39,704 nucleotides of DNA. Origin: Nemertoderma westbladi (taxonomy: Eukaryota > Animalia > Xenacoelomorpha). The stretch spans positions 1-39,704 of the forward strand of contig JAUCBJ010004949.1 in assembly GCA_032718475.1 (NCBI GenBank), given 5' to 3'. Shown here one piece after another: positions 35,501 through 39,704 of this stretch. The translations under genes and the position numbers were made by a program. Position 1 is the stretch's first letter. Each line of letters starts with the position of its first letter. The notes beneath the pieces were generated by a model. That model had not been told where the DNA came from. It saw only the letters and a list, made by a program, of their open reading frames with translations, and searched no databases.

Positions 35501-38500
35501 TTTTCTCATCCTCTAAATGATTGACAGTTTCTTGGTAACTTTCCAACACTTTTGCAGTTTCACTTTTCTCACCCTTTAATTGATTGACAGTTTCTTGGTA
35601 ACTTTCCAAAACTTTTGCAGTTTCACTTTTCTCATCCTCCAAATGATTGACAGTTTCTTGGTAACTTTCCAACACTTTTGCAGTGTCACTTTTCTCACCC
35701 TTTAATTGATTGACAGTTTCTTGGTAACTTTCCAACACTTTTGCAGTTTCACTTTTCTCACCCTTTAATTGATTGACAGTTTCTTGGTAACTTTCCAAAA
35801 CTTTTGCAGTTTCACGTTTCTCATCCTCTAAATGATTGACAGTTTCTTTGTAACTTTCCACCACTTTTGCAGTTTCACTTTTCTCATCCTCTAAATGATT
35901 GACAGTTTCTTGGTAACTTTCCAACACTTTTGCAGTTTCACTTTTCTCACCCTTTAATTGATTGACAGTTTCTTGGTAACTTTCCAAAACTTTTGCAGTT
36001 TCACTTTTCTCATTCGCTAAATGATTGACAGTTTCTTTGTAACTTTCCAAAATATTTGCAGTTTCACTTTTCTCATCCTCTAAATGATTGACAGTTTCTT
36101 GGTAACTTTCCAACACTTTTGCAGTTTCACTTTTCTCACCCTTTAATTGATTGACAGTTGCTTGGTAACTTTCCAAAACTTTTGCAGTTTCTCTTTTCTC
36201 ATTCTCTAAATGATTGACAGTTTCTTTGTAACTTTCCAACATTTTTGCAGTTTCACTTTTCTCATTCTCGAAATGATTGACAGTTTCTTGGTAACTTTCC
36301 AACATTTTTGCAGTTTCATTTTTCTCATCCTCTAATTGATTGACAGTTTCTTTGTAACTTTCCACCACCTTTGCAGTTTCACTTTTCTCACCCTTTAATT
36401 GATTGACAGTTTCTTGGTAACTTTCCAACACTTTTGCAGCTTCACTTTTCTCATCCTTTAATTTATTGACAGTTTCTTGGTAACTTTCCAACACTTTTGC
36501 AGTTTCACTTTTCTCATCCTCTAAATGATTGACAGTTTCTTGGTAACTTTCCAACACTTTTGCAGCTTCACTTTTCTCACCCTTTAATTGATTGACAGTT
36601 TCTTGGTAACTTTCCAACACTTTTGCAGCTTCACTTTTCTCATCCTTTAATTGATTGACAGTTTCTTGGTAACTTTCCAACACTTTTGCAGTTTCACTTT
36701 TCTCATCCTCTATTTGATTGACAGTTTCTTTGTAACTTTCCAACATTTTTGCAGTTTCACTTTTCTCACCCTTTAATTGATTGACAGTTTCTTGGTAATT
36801 TTCCACCACCTTTGCAGTTTCACTTTTCTCATCCTCTAATTTATTGACAGTTTCTTGGTAACTTTCCAACACTTTTGCAGTTTCACTTTTCTCACCCTTT
36901 AATTGATTGACAGTTTCTTGGTAACTTTCCAACACTTTTGCAGTTTCACTTTTCTCATTCTCTAAATGATTGACAGTTTCTTGGTAACTTTCCAACAGTT
37001 TTGCAGTTTCACTTTTCTCATTCTCTAATAGATTGACAGTTTCTTGGTAACTTTCCAAAACTTTTGCAGTTTCACTTTTCTCATCCTCTAAATGATTGAC
37101 AGTTTCTTGGTAACTTTCCAAAACTTTTGCAGTTTCAATTTTCTCATCCTCTAAATGATTGACAGTTTCTTGGTAACTTTCCAAAACTTTTGCAGTTTCA
37201 ATTTTCTCATCCTCTAAATGATTGACAGTTTCTTGGTAACTTTCCAAAACTTTTGCAGTTTCACTTTTCTCATCCTCTAAATCATTGACAGTTTCTTTGT
37301 AACTTTCCACCACCTTTGCAGTTTCACTTTTCTCATCCTCTAATTTATTGACAGTTTCTTGGTAACTTTCCAACACTTTTGCAGTTTCACTTTTCTCACC
37401 CTTTAATTGATTGACAGTTTCTTGGTAACTTTCCAACACTTTTGCAGTTTCACTTTTCTCATTCTCTAAATGATTGACAGTTTCTTGGTAACTTTCCAAC
37501 AGTTTTGCAGTTTCACTTTTCTCATTCTCTAATAGATTGACAGTTTCTTGGTAACTTTCCAAAACTTTTGCAGTTTCACTTTTCTCATCCTCTAAATGAT
37601 TGACAGTTTCTTGGTAACTTTCCAAAACTTTTGCAGTTTCAATTTTCTCATCCTCTAAATGATTGACAGTTTCTTGGTAACTTTCCAACACTTTTGCAGC
37701 TTCACTTTTCTCACCCTTTAATTGATTGACAGTTTCTTGGTAACTTTCCAACACTTTTGCACTTTTACATTTCTCGCTCTCTAAATCATTAACAGATTCT
37801 TGAAAACTGGCTAAGCATTCTTCATTTCTTTTAATTATTTTATCCCTTTTGATCATTTCCTCTTGAAGGGCAGAAATATTTTCACGCAACGATTCTAACT
37901 GACTGGACGATATTGCTTCTTTCTCACGCGCTGTTTCTATATTTAATTTCAATATCTTATTTTCAATTTGGAAGCTTTTGGCCACTTCCGTAGCAATGCA
38001 GGACTTAGAATAAACCAAGGGTGTCGGTGTAGATGGTGTCATTGGAGTTGATGGCGTACCCGGACTGTTAAAAGGAAAGTTATCACGTCGCATTGTTGTA
38101 TCTCGTCCGTCAATGTTGCTTAATTGACAATGTAGCTCGGCTATATTCTCTTCATATCGCAGTTTCTTCTCCACCCAATGATCTTTATTCGCCATGTACT
38201 CATCCAAAGATTCTTTACTCTCCTTAACGGCCGAAAATAATTTATTGTTGACCAATGCCAACTCAGCTTCTTTATCTTTCAAGCTTTCTTCGAGATCTTC
38301 ACAATGCTTTGCAGTTGTTATACGATTTTCAAGTTTTGTATTCAGTACAAGAATTTGCGAACGCAGCTCCGCAAGCTTTGCGTCACTTTTCTCTTGCATA
38401 TCCTCTTTAATCTTCTGGAAATTACTCTTCAATGATTCTATTTCATCTTTAGCTTTAAATAATTGGTGCTGACAATGTTCATAATCAATTGTTTGTTGAG

Positions 38501-38783
38501 CAAGTCCATTCTCAAATTCCTCCCTCTTATCATTAGCAGCATAGAATTTGTTTCGCATTTCAACAAACTGACGATTAGATGATTTGATAATTGTGTTTTT
38601 ATTTTCAATAACTTTTTTGAGATCATTTATTTCGTGAGTCTGGTCATCTATTTCAAACCCCCTTGTAGCTAGATTTGACCGCAATGTCTGCATCTGCTGC
38701 ATAAGTTCCCATTTATCTCGCTTGTTTGGAGAATCGAGGTCGATATCATCGTAGGAGAATACCGCGTCTAAACGTCGATCCAT
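32538..38783 (-). CDS. NuMA/Mud-like long coiled-coil spindle protein (2081 aa), single ORF
   Basis: C-terminal DDPNRLDEIKRRNTMVGPALRSCYPVE matches the NLM motif of human NuMA as recalled (DDWNRIAELQQRNRVCPPHLKTCYPLE). FEIENTP matches NuMA FSILNTP. The protein has a long heptad coiled coil, an S/R-rich disordered tail and a basic C-terminus. Confidence 0.85.
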   Translation of the reverse strand: MDRRLDAVFSYDDIDLDSPNKRDKWELMQQMQTLRSNLATRGFEIDDQTHEINDLKKVIENKNTIIKSSNRQFVEMRNKFYAANDKREEFENGLAQQTIDYEHCQHQLFKAKDEIESLKSNFQKIKEDMQEKSDAKLAELRSQILVLNTKLENRITTAKHCEDLEESLKDKEAELALVNNKLFSAVKESKESLDEYMANKDHWVEKKLRYEENIAELHCQLSNIDGRDTTMRRDNFPFNSPGTPSTPMTPSTPTPLVYSKSCIATEVAKSFQIENKILKLNIETAREKEAISSSQLESLRENISALQEEMIKRDKIIKRNEECLASFQESVNDLESEKCKSAKVLESYQETVNQLKGEKSEAAKVLESYQETVNHLEDEKIETAKVLESYQETVNHLEDEKSETAKVLESYQETVNLLENEKSETAKLLESYQETVNHLENEKSETAKVLESYQETVNQLKGEKSETAKVLESYQETVNKLEDEKSETAKVVESYKETVNDLEDEKSETAKVLESYQETVNHLEDEKIETAKVLESYQETVNHLEDEKIETAKVLESYQETVNHLEDEKSETAKVLESYQETVNLLENEKSETAKLLESYQETVNHLENEKSETAKVLESYQETVNQLKGEKSETAKVLESYQETVNKLEDEKSETAKVVENYQETVNQLKGEKSETAKMLESYKETVNQIEDEKSETAKVLESYQETVNQLKDEKSEAAKVLESYQETVNQLKGEKSEAAKVLESYQETVNHLEDEKSETAKVLESYQETVNKLKDEKSEAAKVLESYQETVNQLKGEKSETAKVVESYKETVNQLEDEKNETAKMLESYQETVNHFENEKSETAKMLESYKETVNHLENEKRETAKVLESYQATVNQLKGEKSETAKVLESYQETVNHLEDEKSETANILESYKETVNHLANEKSETAKVLESYQETVNQLKGEKSETAKVLESYQETVNHLEDEKSETAKVVESYKETVNHLEDEKRETAKVLESYQETVNQLKGEKSETAKVLESYQETVNQLKGEKSDTAKVLESYQETVNHLEDEKSETAKVLESYQETVNQLKGEKSETAKVLESYQETVNHLEDEKSETAKVLESYKETVNHLEDEKSETAKVLESYQETVNQLKGEKSETAKVLESYQETVNHLEDEKSETAKVLESYQGTVNHLEDEKSETAKVLESYQETVNHFENEKNETAKMLESYQETVNHFENEKSETAKMLESYQETVNQLKGEKSETAKVLESYQETVNQLKGEKSDTAKVLESYQETVNHLEDEKSETAKVLESYQETVNQLKGEKSETAKVLESYQETVNHLEDEKSETAKVLESYQETVNQLKGEKSETAKVLESYQETVNHLEDEKSETAKVLESYQGTVNHLEDEKSETAKVLESYQETVNHFENEKNETAKMLESYQETVNHFENEKSETAKMLESYKETVNHLENEKSETAKVLESYQETVNHLEDEKSETAKVLESYQETVNHLENEKSETAKVLESYQETVNHLEGEKSETAKVLESYQETVNHFENEKSETAKVLESYQETVNHFENEKNETAKVVESYKETVNHLENEKSETAKVLESYQETVNHLEDEKSETAKVLESYQETVNQLKGEKSETAKMLESYQETVNHLEDEKSETAKVLESYQETVNQLQQKNDRLYSLSRVSESLFKTELTNTRISLEAKSDALVVELNKVVSRAAELNNELSESKRMNNDTIEKTNKKMKTLEQEISKLKLDLVDERSKLVDDGVCKKTSCQDLKESLMKSKSSLEDEIAKLRERDIEFLRNNVTMSAEADVSSTHSDSSVPRTGRTQWTLPGYNPSLAEPHSPGPESSRSRVRPRLGNKRQSTSRESIVSDEFAIPRSVSGDRKRFKRDDVSRYSMSLTTSAIRDAGEDTVMEFHSVPTDANLLFGVRRESLDDPNRLDEIKRRNTMVGPALRSCYPVEEITETVPEVELRTATNRTSSRLAKPDLTSSSASAVTSAANSSSSTTISSSRQFPASLRSVRKSPRPPRSNDKRPLISGSPVVLRSHKPESSQPKGPITFEIENTPPPVTRSKSTPMKRFKSLITKKKPNKK
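33813..37815 (-). repeat. Coding 63-bp tandem repeat (~63 copies plus one degenerate copy) encoding 21-aa units LESYQETVNHLEDEKSETAKV
   Basis: The TTGACAG anchor runs from 33820 to 37726, exactly 62 x 63 bp, with no frameshift or stop in the coding frame. Confidence 0.97.
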
Positions 38784-39299
38784 ACTGCCGCCAATTATAG
38801 TTTATAAACAAGTATTTGCTTGCAACATATTTAAGGGCACATTTGACTAATAAGCTAATGTACCGGTACCACTTCTGAAGAATTGGTTCAACAGAATGAC
38901 TTGAAATATTTATGGGAATTAATTTAGCATGTGTCTCAAACGGGAATCAAAAAAAAAATAAAAAAATTCAATTATTCAAACCAGAATTCAAACCAGAACT
39001 ATTCAAAATGAAAAATTTCATTTTTGAAAATTGAAAAAACACGTATTTTGGCCGTTTTTGTGATGTAACTTTTGAAATTTCTAACCTACATGTCTAAACG
39101 GTGGTTCCACCTATAAAGAATTACAGTAACGGTATTAGAAGAACATATACTGAAAATTTAATGTAATTTGGTTCAGTGGTTCCAGAGAAACAGTTTGGCC
39201 TACCCCTACATGAGTAAAAATAAAAACGAAAAATATAATTCTGAGATAAAGCCATTTAAAGTTTTCAAACCTTCCAGCCATTTCTTGTTAAATGGAGGG

Positions 39300-39690
39300 T
39301 GTTGGTCTGTATACCTGTCGGTCTGTCCGTCAAAATATAACAGACCGACAGACAGCCGGATGGACCATCTAAGAATCCTTTAAACGTTAAAACAGACCTC
39401 AGAAATGGAATCATAGATCAGGAAAACCTCTATAACAACATTTTCAGTTGTGTATTTCATTCATGATTTTTGATTGACAGACAGGCAGGGCAAAAGACCA
39501 GACCGATAGAGAGACAGGCCAAAAGACAGACAGATTGACATGCAGGCATACAGATAATCTAGAATACATGAAACATTAAAATCGACATTAGAAATGAGAT
39601 CACCAAACAGGAAAAATCATATAGCGAAAATTGTACAATGCGTGGGTTTACTGATTTTGTCAGACAAAACCGACTGACAAGCAGACATAA
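39300..39690. repeat. Degenerate copies of the GACAGAC/GAAATGGAATC/GGAAAACC repeat family (transposon-internal)
   Basis: CAGAAATGGAATC...CAGGAAAACCTCTATAAC...TTGACAGACAG motifs similar to 25701-26620 and 11560-11906. Confidence 0.55.
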
Positions 39691-39704
39691 AGCTATAACT
39701 CGAG

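Noticed and set aside
32599-38626. Antisense and alternate-frame ORFs over the NuMA-like gene
   Set aside because: By-products of the coding strand and its 63-bp repeat.

Overview
AT-rich, repeat-dense eukaryotic (animal, probably invertebrate) genomic DNA; not prokaryotic. It holds three long, apparently intronless protein genes: an F-box/LRR (FBXL-type) gene (+, ~2800-4710), the GPI transamidase subunit PIG-T (+, 7963-9657), and a 2081-aa NuMA/Mud-like spindle protein (-, 32538-38783). Most of the NuMA-like coiled coil consists of ~63 near-identical 21-aa (63-bp) tandem repeats, and no N-terminal CH/Hook domain is visible. Between the genes lie an ~11-kb 35-bp satellite with a duplicated unique leader and higher-order duplications, four smaller tandem arrays (73, 68, 147 and 18 bp units), and several non-autonomous TIR transposons (Kolobok-like with TTAA TSD, two related Sola-like elements, hAT MITEs). 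Two identical 56-bp perfect palindromes each carry their own target-site duplication and look like minimal mobile elements. Family assignments rest on remembered motifs and TIR/TSD rules; no database searches were run.
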